From NCBI GenBank assembly GCA_044226015.1, contig JBGAHS010000008.1, positions 509,462-573,461 of the forward strand: DNA of 64,000 nucleotides, read 5' to 3'. Origin of the DNA: Candidatus Obscuribacteraceae bacterium. GTDB lineage: Bacteria > Cyanobacteriota > Vampirovibrionia > Obscuribacterales > Obscuribacteraceae. Shown piece after piece: positions 30,770 to 38,697 of the stretch (position 1 is the first letter of the stretch; every line of letters starts with the position of its first letter). The position numbers and the translations under genes were made by a program. Below the pieces are notes generated by a model. That model saw only the letters and a list, made by a program, of their open reading frames with translations. It was not told where the DNA came from and did no database searches.

Positions 30770-32206
30770 TTAGTTTGTCTCCTCAAGAACCCAGGTGTCT
30801 TTGCTGCCACCACCTTGCGAACTGTTTACGACCAGGCTGCCTTCTTGAAGAGCAACTCTGGTTAGTCCACCTGGAGTCACGACAACTTTCTTACCGAACA
30901 AAATATACGGACGCAAATCAACTCGCCGACCTTCGAAGTGATCGTCTACAAGACTTGGACACTGACTGAATTCTACGACTGGTTGCGCAATATAATTTCG
31001 CGGGTCTTGTGCAATTCTTTTTGCAAATTCTGCGCGTTCACTGGCTGTGGCTTGATGACCCATCAACATCCCATAGCCTCCAGATTCGTTTGTAGCTTTC
31101 ACCACAAGCTGGTCTAGATGCTCAAGCACATACTTCTTATCTGAATCTTTCGCACACACGTAAGTAGGAACATTGTTCAGAATAGGCTCTTGTTTGAGAT
31201 AAAAGCGAATCATATCTGGAACATAAGGATAGACTGCTTTATCATCAGCAACACCAGTTCCTACTGCGTTTGCCAACGCTATGTTTCCGCAGCGATAAGC
31301 ATTCATCAAACCAGGAACGCCAAGAATACTATCTGGTCTAAAGCAAAGCGGGTCGAGGAAGTCATCATCGATTCTGCGATAAATCACATCTACCAAACGC
31401 AAACCAGCAGTCGTTCTCATATAAACTTTGCTGTCATCGAAAATCAAGTCTTTGCCTTCGACAAGCTCAACACCCATTTGCCGTGCCAAAAAACTGTGCT
31501 CATAGTAAGCAGAGTTGTAGATGCCCGGCGTTAACACCACGATGTTAGGGTCGTCAGTTCGCGAAGGAACCAATTCTTTGAGACATTGCAAAAGATTGAA
31601 TGGATAGTCCTCTACAGACCTCACGGAATATCGTTCAAAAAGTTTTGGCATCACGCGCTTCATAACAGCACGATTTTCGATTACGTAACTGACACCACTG
31701 GGAGTGCGTCCATTATCTTCAAGAACGAGATAACTTCCATCGCGATCGCGAATCAAATCAGTTCCGCAAACATGAATATAGATATCGTTAGGCACATTCA
31801 CATGAATCATTTCGCGCCTGAACATCTTGGCGCTGTATATCATTTCAGCGGGAATGATCTTCTCTCGCAAAATATTTTGCGAATGATAGATGTCTTTGCA
31901 GAACATGTTCAGCGCAATAATGCGTTGCTCAAGACCCTTCTCTATTTTTGCCCAATCAGTCGCTGGCACAATTCGCGGTACAAGATCAAACGGAAAAATA
32001 CGTTCAACGCCAGACGCATCTTTGTACACTGTAAAGGTGATTCCCTGATTTCGAAACGCAATGTCAGCCATTCGGCGACGGCGCTGGAATGACTGATCGT
32101 TGAGGCTAGTCAATTGACCAAAAACGGGCTCATAATGAGGACGTGGAACGCCCTTTTCAAGAAACATTTCGTCGAAAAGACCGTTTATTTCGTATTTGTG
32201 GAACAT
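30770..32206 (-). CDS. Circularly permuted type 2 ATP-grasp protein
   Basis: GITFTVY, PFDLVPR, LEDNGRTPSGVSY, YRRIDDDFLDP, VVNSSQGGGSKDTWVL. Confidence 0.95.
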   Translation of the reverse strand: MFHKYEINGLFDEMFLEKGVPRPHYEPVFGQLTSLNDQSFQRRRRMADIAFRNQGITFTVYKDASGVERIFPFDLVPRIVPATDWAKIEKGLEQRIIALNMFCKDIYHSQNILREKIIPAEMIYSAKMFRREMIHVNVPNDIYIHVCGTDLIRDRDGSYLVLEDNGRTPSGVSYVIENRAVMKRVMPKLFERYSVRSVEDYPFNLLQCLKELVPSRTDDPNIVVLTPGIYNSAYYEHSFLARQMGVELVEGKDLIFDDSKVYMRTTAGLRLVDVIYRRIDDDFLDPLCFRPDSILGVPGLMNAYRCGNIALANAVGTGVADDKAVYPYVPDMIRFYLKQEPILNNVPTYVCAKDSDKKYVLEHLDQLVVKATNESGGYGMLMGHQATASERAEFAKRIAQDPRNYIAQPVVEFSQCPSLVDDHFEGRRVDLRPYILFGKKVVVTPGGLTRVALQEGSLVVNSSQGGGSKDTWVLEETN

Positions 32207-32317
32207 TCCGCAGCAACTCCGAAAGCCAAGAAGCTCGCCCTGCTGCCTCTTGAAACAAGCGTCAATTGTAACCTAAGCAGCCATCAGTCGAATCGCTTGC
32301 AGACTGGAATTAAACAA

Positions 32318-33211
32318 TCATTTTCCAATTTCCATGTGCGTCGAAGAGAAGGTCCGACCAAGCGCATTAGCCCTTGTCTCATCGACTACTTGCCGACCCG
32401 CACCGTAGGTTATTTGGACATGGATGCTCTCAACCACATGCCCAGCGGAATCCTTCTTCTGGATGTCAACATGCCCACCCTTCCCATCCTGGTCGGTCCC
32501 AGTTTCAATTCGAAAACGGGTTGTGACTCTGCCAAGTGAATCTTTTACAACGGCATCAGTTAAGGTTCCATTTCCTGGAAGATTACTTGTATCGAAGTGG
32601 ACAAGCTCCCTTGCTGGACCATTTCCATCCTTGACGACAAAATCGCCACTTTGACTTGAGGCTTGCTGATAGAGATCAAGTGTTTTTACCTCGGACCCAC
32701 GCGAATTAGCATATTTGGTAACAGCTTCCGCATGAATCTGCGCTCCGTTAACCTGCGCTGAAAGCTGGCTGGACCGCTCTAGCCTACCGTTTCGATCCTT
32801 TACTGTGGATGTTGAATTGCCCTGAGCATCCGTCTCGGAATGAGTGCTTCGAAGACGCCAACCGTTGTAACCAGTACTTTCTGTATCGAAATTGTCTGAG
32901 CCGCCTGCGCCTTTGCTCTGCTTGCTCACCTGACAAAGAAGGACCTGGTCACGCACATTACTGACCGTTGCAGTTGTCACTTTGGAACCACCTTGATCTG
33001 TGGTTTCAATGTGTGTTTTCTGAACAGGAATACCTCTGGCATCTCGTCGCGTGATATCTGCAATGCCGCCGGAAATTTGCTCATTTAGCCGCAGCTCAAC
33101 ATTATTACCAAGGCTGAGATAGACAAGATTCAGGCCTTTTACACCCAACTTGTCCTCACCAGCAAGCTGAAGATTTACCTCTTCATGCTCAATATCAAAA
33201 TTTTCCGGCAT
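32318..33211 (-). CDS. Hypothetical protein with repeated beta-hairpin units
   Basis: 297 aa; GAGGGGAG SD-like sequence upstream; recurring (K/R)DxxG motif. Confidence 0.7.
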   Translation of the reverse strand: MPENFDIEHEEVNLQLAGEDKLGVKGLNLVYLSLGNNVELRLNEQISGGIADITRRDARGIPVQKTHIETTDQGGSKVTTATVSNVRDQVLLCQVSKQSKGAGGSDNFDTESTGYNGWRLRSTHSETDAQGNSTSTVKDRNGRLERSSQLSAQVNGAQIHAEAVTKYANSRGSEVKTLDLYQQASSQSGDFVVKDGNGPARELVHFDTSNLPGNGTLTDAVVKDSLGRVTTRFRIETGTDQDGKGGHVDIQKKDSAGHVVESIHVQITYGAGRQVVDETRANALGRTFSSTHMEIGK

Positions 33212-33343
33212 TTGCTCTCCCCTCGAGGCAGACGCCCAACCCTCAATTCGAGTCTATAAATCGAAGGGCGCAAATACATCCGTAAAATCCCCACTATCGA
33301 TGTGGTCAGGGATAAGTTTATTGTCATTTGCTTGAAAAAAAAA

Positions 33344-33427
33344 TCGGCGGGACAGGATTTGAACCTGTGGTGCTTTTTACGGTCTTGTTTTACAGACAAG
33401 TGCGATCGTCCTCTCCGCCACCCGCCG
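33344..33427 (-). tRNA. tRNA-Tyr(GUA), long variable region, C1:G72, A73, CCA not encoded
   Basis: CGGCGGG TG GCG-GAGAGGACGAT-CGC A CTTGT-CTGTAAA-ACAAG ACCGTAAAAAGCACC ACAGG-TTCAAAT-CCTGT CCCGCCG A. Confidence 0.85.
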
Positions 33428-33494
33428 CCATACTCTTAAATTTCCTCCTGTAATTGATTGGGCTTACTCAGCTCAAAACAGATAACACCATATA

Positions 33495-33571
33495 TGGTGC
33501 CGACGGGCGGATTCGAACCGCCAAAACGCTAGTTCTTAGCCAGCGATGTCTGCCACTTGCATCACGTCGGC
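33495..33571 (-). tRNA. tRNA-Leu(AAG), short variable loop, CCA encoded
   Basis: GCCGACG TG ATG-CAAGTGGCAGA-CAT C GCTGG-CTAAGAA-CTAGC GTTTT GGCGG-TTCGAAT-CCGCC CGTCGGC ACCA. Confidence 0.85.
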
Positions 33572-33575
33572 AAAA

Positions 33576-33649
33576 TCCCGAAAGTCAGATTCGAACTGAC
33601 ACTGAACTCGGCTTAAACGAGCCGCCTCCTGCCGTTGGGCTATTTCGGG
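33576..33649 (-). tRNA. tRNA-Leu(UAA), short variable loop, C1:G72, CCA not encoded
   Basis: CCCGAAA TA GCC-CAACGGCAGGA-GGC G GCTCG-TTTAAGC-CGAGT TCAGT GTCAG-TTCGAAT-CTGAC TTTCGGG A. Confidence 0.82.
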
Positions 33650-33651
33650 GC

Positions 33652-33948
33652 ATCGCAAAATCGGATCCCGCGAGCATCGTGAAATCAGATCCCGCTAACT
33701 TCGCAAAATCGGATCCCGCGAACATCACAAAATCGGATCCCACGAACATCGCAAAATCGGATCCCACGAACATCGCAAAATCGGATCCCACGAACATCGC
33801 AAAATCGGATCCCGCAAACTTCGCAAAATCGGATCCCGCAAACTTCGCAAAATCGGATCCCGCGAACATCACAAAATCGGATCCCACGAACATCGCAAAA
33901 TCAGATCCCACGAACATCGCAAAATCAGATCCCACGAACATCGTGAAA
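33652..33948. repeat. 24-bp tandem repeat, 12 copies plus a partial
   Basis: Unit atcgcaaaatcggatcccacgaac with minor variants, abutting the 5' end of tRNA-Leu(UAA). Confidence 0.95.
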
Positions 33949-34040
33949 CCGCCTCTCTGAGCGGCTAGGAATCAGATCCTAATCAGAGAACGATTCGAGC
34001 GTTTGTCATGTCCGACAAGACAATGGTTCAAACCAAAAGT

Positions 34041-34064
34041 TCAATAGAGATAATACAGCAGCAT
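34041..34064 (-). CDS. Putative leader peptide MLLYYLY
   Basis: GGAGG (34074-34078), 9 nt, then ATG CTG CTG TAT TAT CTC TAT TGA; upstream of and co-oriented with the Leu/Leu/Tyr tRNAs. Confidence 0.75.
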   Translation of the reverse strand: MLLYYLY

Positions 34065-34176
34065 GATAAAAATCCTCCAAAGGGCTCATGATGAGACTCA
34101 AGACCTCGTCGCGAGCAGAGAAATAAGATTACTTCAAAGAATACTTGAACTTCACTTCACTACGACGAGACAGCGC

Positions 34177-34242
34177 CTAAGCTAAATAATAGCTTGGGAG
34201 AGGCGCCACGAGGCTCAGCAGTAGTGTATTCATCTTGTTCAT
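34177..34242 (-). CDS. Putative leaderless leader peptide MNKMNTLLLSLVAPLPSYYLA
   Basis: ATG begins 7 nt after a -10 box; 6 Leu and 2 Tyr in 21 codons; 3' half folds into a hairpin. Confidence 0.55.
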   Translation of the reverse strand: MNKMNTLLLSLVAPLPSYYLA

Positions 34243-34248
34243 GATTTC

Positions 34249-34276
34249 ATCATAGCATCATAAACGAATTGATCAA
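34249..34276 (-). promoter_or_regulatory. Sigma70-type promoter with extended -10
   Basis: TTGATC (34271-34276), 16-nt spacer ending TGC, TATGAT (34249-34254). Confidence 0.6.
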
Positions 34277-34297
34277 TAGCAAAATCACGAAGCATGA

Positions 34298-35449
34298 CTA
34301 TTTATTTCTCGTCTCTTCTGACTTGATCTTAGCCACTGCAGATTTGAATTTAGCAACTTCATTAGTCAAACCAAACTCATTCAACTTGTTCGCAACCAAT
34401 TCAATACATTCCTCAGACCTGCTCGAAATTGCGGGAGTCGCCGCGAGCGACTTCGCAAATCTCTCAGCATCAATGAGTTTGCCTGTCGCCAATTCACCAC
34501 TGAGAATCATCGAAGCATACTGACTTATCTCCATCCATAGCGGATTTGATTTTTCTTGTTTGCTTGTGCTGATGCAATAGAAATTCTCAGGCGTTTGAGA
34601 ATAGAAGCCGTGATAAAAACCTTCCGGCACAAAACGATGGTGGAGAGTTGCAGGCAGAGCGGCACGGAGCTTATCGGATATTGCGTAGAGATAAACAGAA
34701 TCAAAAATCGAACAAATTCTTGCTATTCGCAAAGATTTTTCATCCTGAGGCAATCCATCAAACAAACGCAAATCTGGAACACTCACTTCAAGATCATGGT
34801 CTGAAATAAAGCGCGCCATCATTACGACCGACTTGGAAGTAGAGCCGGCAGGAAAAGCGGCAGCATGTGCATTGTTGGCGGACCGAATGGCAGCATCTAC
34901 GCTAGCTCTGAACTTTTCCCTGACACCGCTAACCAGTTGATTATTACGATCAAACCCTGGCAAAAACGCTTGTTCATTGAGAATACGCATCTCGCCCTTC
35001 GGATTTATTTCCAAAAGAACTTGCATCTGCCCCGGAACATCTGCCACCCAGGAATTAGATAAGTCCCGCGAAACCTTGCTATACCAGGACCACCAGCCGC
35101 CCTTTGACGAACGATCTTCCCGGGTTATACCAGCCGGAGTAATCATCAAAGTCCCGCCATCCTCTTTTGATTCTTTTAAAAGATCTTTCTTAGTTTCACC
35201 TTTGATGAATAGATGTTGTCCGAAACCAACTGCTTTGATTCCAACACTACAGTTATCGTATGCTGTAATGTCGGAACCGCCAAACGCAAGGTCGTAATAG
35301 CTAGCAGCCCCCTTTAGAGTGTAGCTACCATCAGTGTTAAGTATCGCCTTGATGTGTGCCTCTTCAACTGCCTGAGACAACGCAGGCTGAGCTTGCTGAA
35401 AGAGTACGAACAAAGACAATGCGAATGAACTCGCAAACCTCGTATTCAT
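34298..35449 (-). CDS. Hypothetical secreted protein
   Basis: GGAGGAG SD; signal-peptide-like MNTRFASSFALSLFVLFQQAQPALSQA. Confidence 0.8.
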   Translation of the reverse strand: MNTRFASSFALSLFVLFQQAQPALSQAVEEAHIKAILNTDGSYTLKGAASYYDLAFGGSDITAYDNCSVGIKAVGFGQHLFIKGETKKDLLKESKEDGGTLMITPAGITREDRSSKGGWWSWYSKVSRDLSNSWVADVPGQMQVLLEINPKGEMRILNEQAFLPGFDRNNQLVSGVREKFRASVDAAIRSANNAHAAAFPAGSTSKSVVMMARFISDHDLEVSVPDLRLFDGLPQDEKSLRIARICSIFDSVYLYAISDKLRAALPATLHHRFVPEGFYHGFYSQTPENFYCISTSKQEKSNPLWMEISQYASMILSGELATGKLIDAERFAKSLAATPAISSRSEECIELVANKLNEFGLTNEVAKFKSAVAKIKSEETRNK

Positions 35450-35460
35450 ATTCTCCTCCC

Positions 35461-36195
35461 TTAGATTTTCTTCTTAAGCACAAACCAATTAGTCTGCTTA
35501 TCTGTAAATATTTTGCAGTCACCAATACTTATTAGCCTGCCAGTTTTGCCGTCGCGGTACCAGCCCTCGCTCCAGGGTCCCATATCCGTATAAACTGCGT
35601 CTTCGACTCCCATTTCGACTAGATCTACGCCAAATTCGTTAAAAGTAATTTCTGTCCTACTTTCTATTACGGCAGCCGAGCCATCCTTTAGGAGGGCAAT
35701 GCATCGCCTCTGAAAATGCGATTTATCAACAAAGCTCTCCGCATGTCCACTCTTAACTACTTGAAACTGTTGAAAAAAAGATTCTTGCTTGGACTTCAGG
35801 CGCGCTATAAAATCCGAATTGAGACTAGCACCACTATTGGTATCAAATATCTTGCCTTTACCCGCTTCCATTTCGAGGGCACCGCCCATTTTCTTGTCTA
35901 TCAGGTTCTCGTTAAAAACGGCACCGTGACTGGAATAGAGCCCACAGAGACCGCCTTGTTGACTTGTGAATGCAGCAGGAATGCACAACAAAACATTGGC
36001 ATCCTTTTTTAGCGGACGAGAAAGCTCAAAATCCATTTTTGCATTGTTAGCAAAAATCATTCTATATGCTCTGCCCGAACTGCAAACCAGAGATTTAGCA
36101 CTTAGCGTGACAGTTTCATCTTGAGATAATGCGGCACTTCCAGCAAACAGGGTAATTAAGGCACCGCAAAGAATGAGCTTCAGTTTGTTTATCAC
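35461..36195 (-). CDS. Secreted protein, phosphodiester-glycosidase (NAGPA)-like
   Basis: Signal peptide; FQRRCIA...LVEMGVEDAVYTDMG resembles the NAGPA-family A-x-x-L-D-G-G region. Confidence 0.6.
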   Translation of the reverse strand: MINKLKLILCGALITLFAGSAALSQDETVTLSAKSLVCSSGRAYRMIFANNAKMDFELSRPLKKDANVLLCIPAAFTSQQGGLCGLYSSHGAVFNENLIDKKMGGALEMEAGKGKIFDTNSGASLNSDFIARLKSKQESFFQQFQVVKSGHAESFVDKSHFQRRCIALLKDGSAAVIESRTEITFNEFGVDLVEMGVEDAVYTDMGPWSEGWYRDGKTGRLISIGDCKIFTDKQTNWFVLKKKI

Positions 36196-36216
36196 AAGGT
36201 CTCCACTAAAATGTTT

Positions 36217-36792
36217 CTAGCTTAACTGAATCTTCTCGACCGTTTCCTCAACAGTATTGAACGGGCTATCCATGAGCAATTCATCGCTTGAACGCAGAGC
36301 TGCCCGTTGAAAAGAAGGGAAGCAATAACAAATTTCGCCATCGTCAGTCACATCCACATGGCACACACTGGTTGCGGAAAGCCTCTCAAATGCGCGCTTA
36401 ACGTCGGAGATGCGCATACCGCTTTCTAGAGCCATTTCAGACACAGTGATAATTCCGCCTCGACTCTTCGCTTTATTCAGAGCCGCTTGTTCTTCCTGAA
36501 GTTCCTTTATAGCAGTTCTCTCTTTCAAGCGTCCGCGAAGTTGGTAAAGTCCCGTACATAAAATGCCAGTGAGGAATGCGATCAAACCGAGTTGGGACGG
36601 AACCCCATGCCGAGTCGTTCCCGTCAGAATCTCACCAATGTAAGTGACGATTAAACCGGCGGAGAAAATAGATAAGAACATCAGAAAGCCGAAGAGCACA
36701 TCAGCCAGACCAGAGCGACCAGCACTCTTGCTGGCAGCTAGTAGTTTCTGCTCACCTGTCACTTTGGTTGTTTTGCTTGTCATCAAATTCAT
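36217..36792 (-). CDS. Two-TM membrane protein with C-terminal winged-helix-like domain
   Basis: Two hydrophobic segments, then GGIITVSEMALESGMRISDVKRAFERL...GEICYCFP. Confidence 0.7.
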   Translation of the reverse strand: MNLMTSKTTKVTGEQKLLAASKSAGRSGLADVLFGFLMFLSIFSAGLIVTYIGEILTGTTRHGVPSQLGLIAFLTGILCTGLYQLRGRLKERTAIKELQEEQAALNKAKSRGGIITVSEMALESGMRISDVKRAFERLSATSVCHVDVTDDGEICYCFPSFQRAALRSSDELLMDSPFNTVEETVEKIQLS

Positions 36793-36841
36793 CTAGACGG
36801 GGTTAGACGAATCATTATACAGGCTAGACCCTCACCAAGAA

Positions 36842-38404
36842 TTAAAGCGCAGATGGCAACTGACTCGACCGTGCTTCGCGTTTCCACTGAGGCGCCTGCA
36901 TCAGCTCATACATTCCATGAGAAGCACTGATTTGCACCAAAATGGCAGCCATCTTATTTAGTTTTTTCATGATGGATTGATCGTCGTTGTTTGAGCTATT
37001 CATCATCGCCGAAAGCAAATCAGAACTCTGAGCCAGTGACATCAAAGACACTTCTGAAAAGTGGATAACATGCTCATCACCTACTTCGGAGTAGTGATTT
37101 AATCGACGCCCTACCATGTCTCTCGACGCCGCAAGATAGATAGGACGCAAACCTTCAGCAGCAAGAGATTCATCTCCGGCTAGCACATTGAAAGTCTTGT
37201 CTCCAATTGATTGGCTCACGCTGCGCTTTTGATTTTCCCAAATGGTGCGAACTTTGCTAACGTCATCGGACACAGCTATCAGCACCACCGCGCCAGGCTG
37301 AACTTTAACCATAGAATGGGGTGTTCTAACAAACGTTATGTCCGCACTAGAAACCAAAACCTCACCGTTTTTCAAATCAGCTACCAGCGGATGTGAAAAA
37401 TCAATTTCAGTTTTGTCGTTGAATTTGATGACTGAACTTCCGCGTCTTTGACTGCGCACTGGAAGTGAATTCTGGCTGGCTTCAGTCAAGGTCACCGGCA
37501 CAATAGATTCAGCCGACTCTTCGCCGTTAAGCAATAAAAGCGGTCTCTCCGATTCCTCGCCAACACAATTAGAGAGCTTGCTCTGCTCATCGATTGTTTT
37601 GCGCAGCATATAGACTTTCCTGCGCACCTGGAAGAAACTGCTTGAATCGCACTCAAGCAAGCACTCTTTCTCAAGCATCTTTTTTGGAGCAAACTTATTC
37701 GAAAGGTGAACGATGCCCGAATCGTTTGTCTCATTGCTCACCGCAGTTCGATCTATTCCGTCATCTGGCAACAATAATTCGCGAGCCAGTCCTTTTGGCG
37801 CCAGGCAAATTTCATCACCACTACATGCGGTAAAAACCTTTGACCCTTTCCATCTCTTAACGGATACAGTCGATGGACTTCCTGTTAGATGGTCCACACG
37901 CAACAAACCATTTTCACTTTGTTCGATAATTGCAGCGCTATTAGCAGCCAGCGTAATACTTCCAAGCGGGGTTTCAACACTTACTGGCTGCTTTCCAATC
38001 ATGTAGACGCCTTTCCCATGCGTCAGAGAGATATTGCGCTTGTCGGCTTTTATGCCAGCGTCGCGGTCGCACACTATGAGAGTGTTGGGGTCGTCGACCA
38101 GCATCATGGGTACACAGGGAACTCCCGGTTTGTACTTAGCGCTTGGTCCGTTCACCAGTTGGTGCGTGCCGTCGCTTGAGCTGACTGCTCGGATCTTCTT
38201 ATCGATGGGTAGCTCAATATTGACGGTTTCGAGCAAAGGATCGTCCGAAACCTCGGATTCTAGGTCGGGAGCCACCGTCACTTCGCTGGGCTGCTCAGTC
38301 TCTTGAGCGAGCCCGCGGCTCGAAATTGAACTCAGACTAAAAGCAGCGAGAATCGACAGCGTTACCGCTGTGATAGTGCCTTTCAATCTCTTTGGAGTTT
38401 TCAT
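36842..38404 (-). CDS. Secreted protein with two FecR-like beta domains
   Basis: Signal-like MKTPKRLKGTITAVTLSILAAF; internal duplication LTHGKGVY..VETPLGSI and LKNGEVLV..VRTPHSMV; start uncertain. Confidence 0.65.
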   Translation of the reverse strand: MKTPKRLKGTITAVTLSILAAFSLSSISSRGLAQETEQPSEVTVAPDLESEVSDDPLLETVNIELPIDKKIRAVSSSDGTHQLVNGPSAKYKPGVPCVPMMLVDDPNTLIVCDRDAGIKADKRNISLTHGKGVYMIGKQPVSVETPLGSITLAANSAAIIEQSENGLLRVDHLTGSPSTVSVKRWKGSKVFTACSGDEICLAPKGLARELLLPDDGIDRTAVSNETNDSGIVHLSNKFAPKKMLEKECLLECDSSSFFQVRRKVYMLRKTIDEQSKLSNCVGEESERPLLLLNGEESAESIVPVTLTEASQNSLPVRSQRRGSSVIKFNDKTEIDFSHPLVADLKNGEVLVSSADITFVRTPHSMVKVQPGAVVLIAVSDDVSKVRTIWENQKRSVSQSIGDKTFNVLAGDESLAAEGLRPIYLAASRDMVGRRLNHYSEVGDEHVIHFSEVSLMSLAQSSDLLSAMMNSSNNDDQSIMKKLNKMAAILVQISASHGMYELMQAPQWKREARSSQLPSAL

Positions 38405-38562
38405 TTGAGCCTGGGAAGACGATGCCAAGAGCGCTGCGGAATACAAACACTCATTATTCTCATGCCCCTTGGGGGTGCTGGTAAACTCCGTCATCAGGCG
38501 GATTCTCACTTGACATACCGTCAAACCGCTCTGGATTTAGCAGCGAGGAGATTAAAAATTAC

Positions 38563-38595
38563 AAACAAAAGAGCCAGAACTATTGTCCTGGCTCT
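38563..38595 (-). terminator. Intrinsic terminator
   Basis: Minus strand AGAGCCAG-gacaatagtt-CTGGCTCT-TTTGTTT, downstream of the 38698 gene. Confidence 0.65.
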
Positions 38596-38697
38596 AATAA
38601 AAGCCGAGTCTCTCATCAGGGGAGAATGAAACAGACGAGAGACTAAGCTTTGTCGGGCAGACGCCACGCCACCGCCTGCAGTGGCGCCCGTTCAATT

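Noticed and set aside
33390..33449. AGGAGG followed 12 nt later by an ATG reading MAAGGGEDDRTCL through tRNA-Tyr (minus strand)
   Set aside because: SD spacing is long and the ORF lies almost wholly within the tRNA; it cannot be told from chance without conservation data.
33344..33649. Prophage or island attachment site at the tRNAs
   Set aside because: No integrase and no duplicated tRNA 3' end were seen in the window.
33454..33960. ORFs 33454..33960 (+) and 33585..33941 (-) encoding 8-aa repeats
   Set aside because: They are open only because the 24-bp repeat lacks stops, and they overlap tRNA genes.
38600..38650. Hammerhead ribozyme (CTGATGAG on the minus strand)
   Set aside because: There is no correctly placed GAAA core; the segment is simply one arm of a hairpin.
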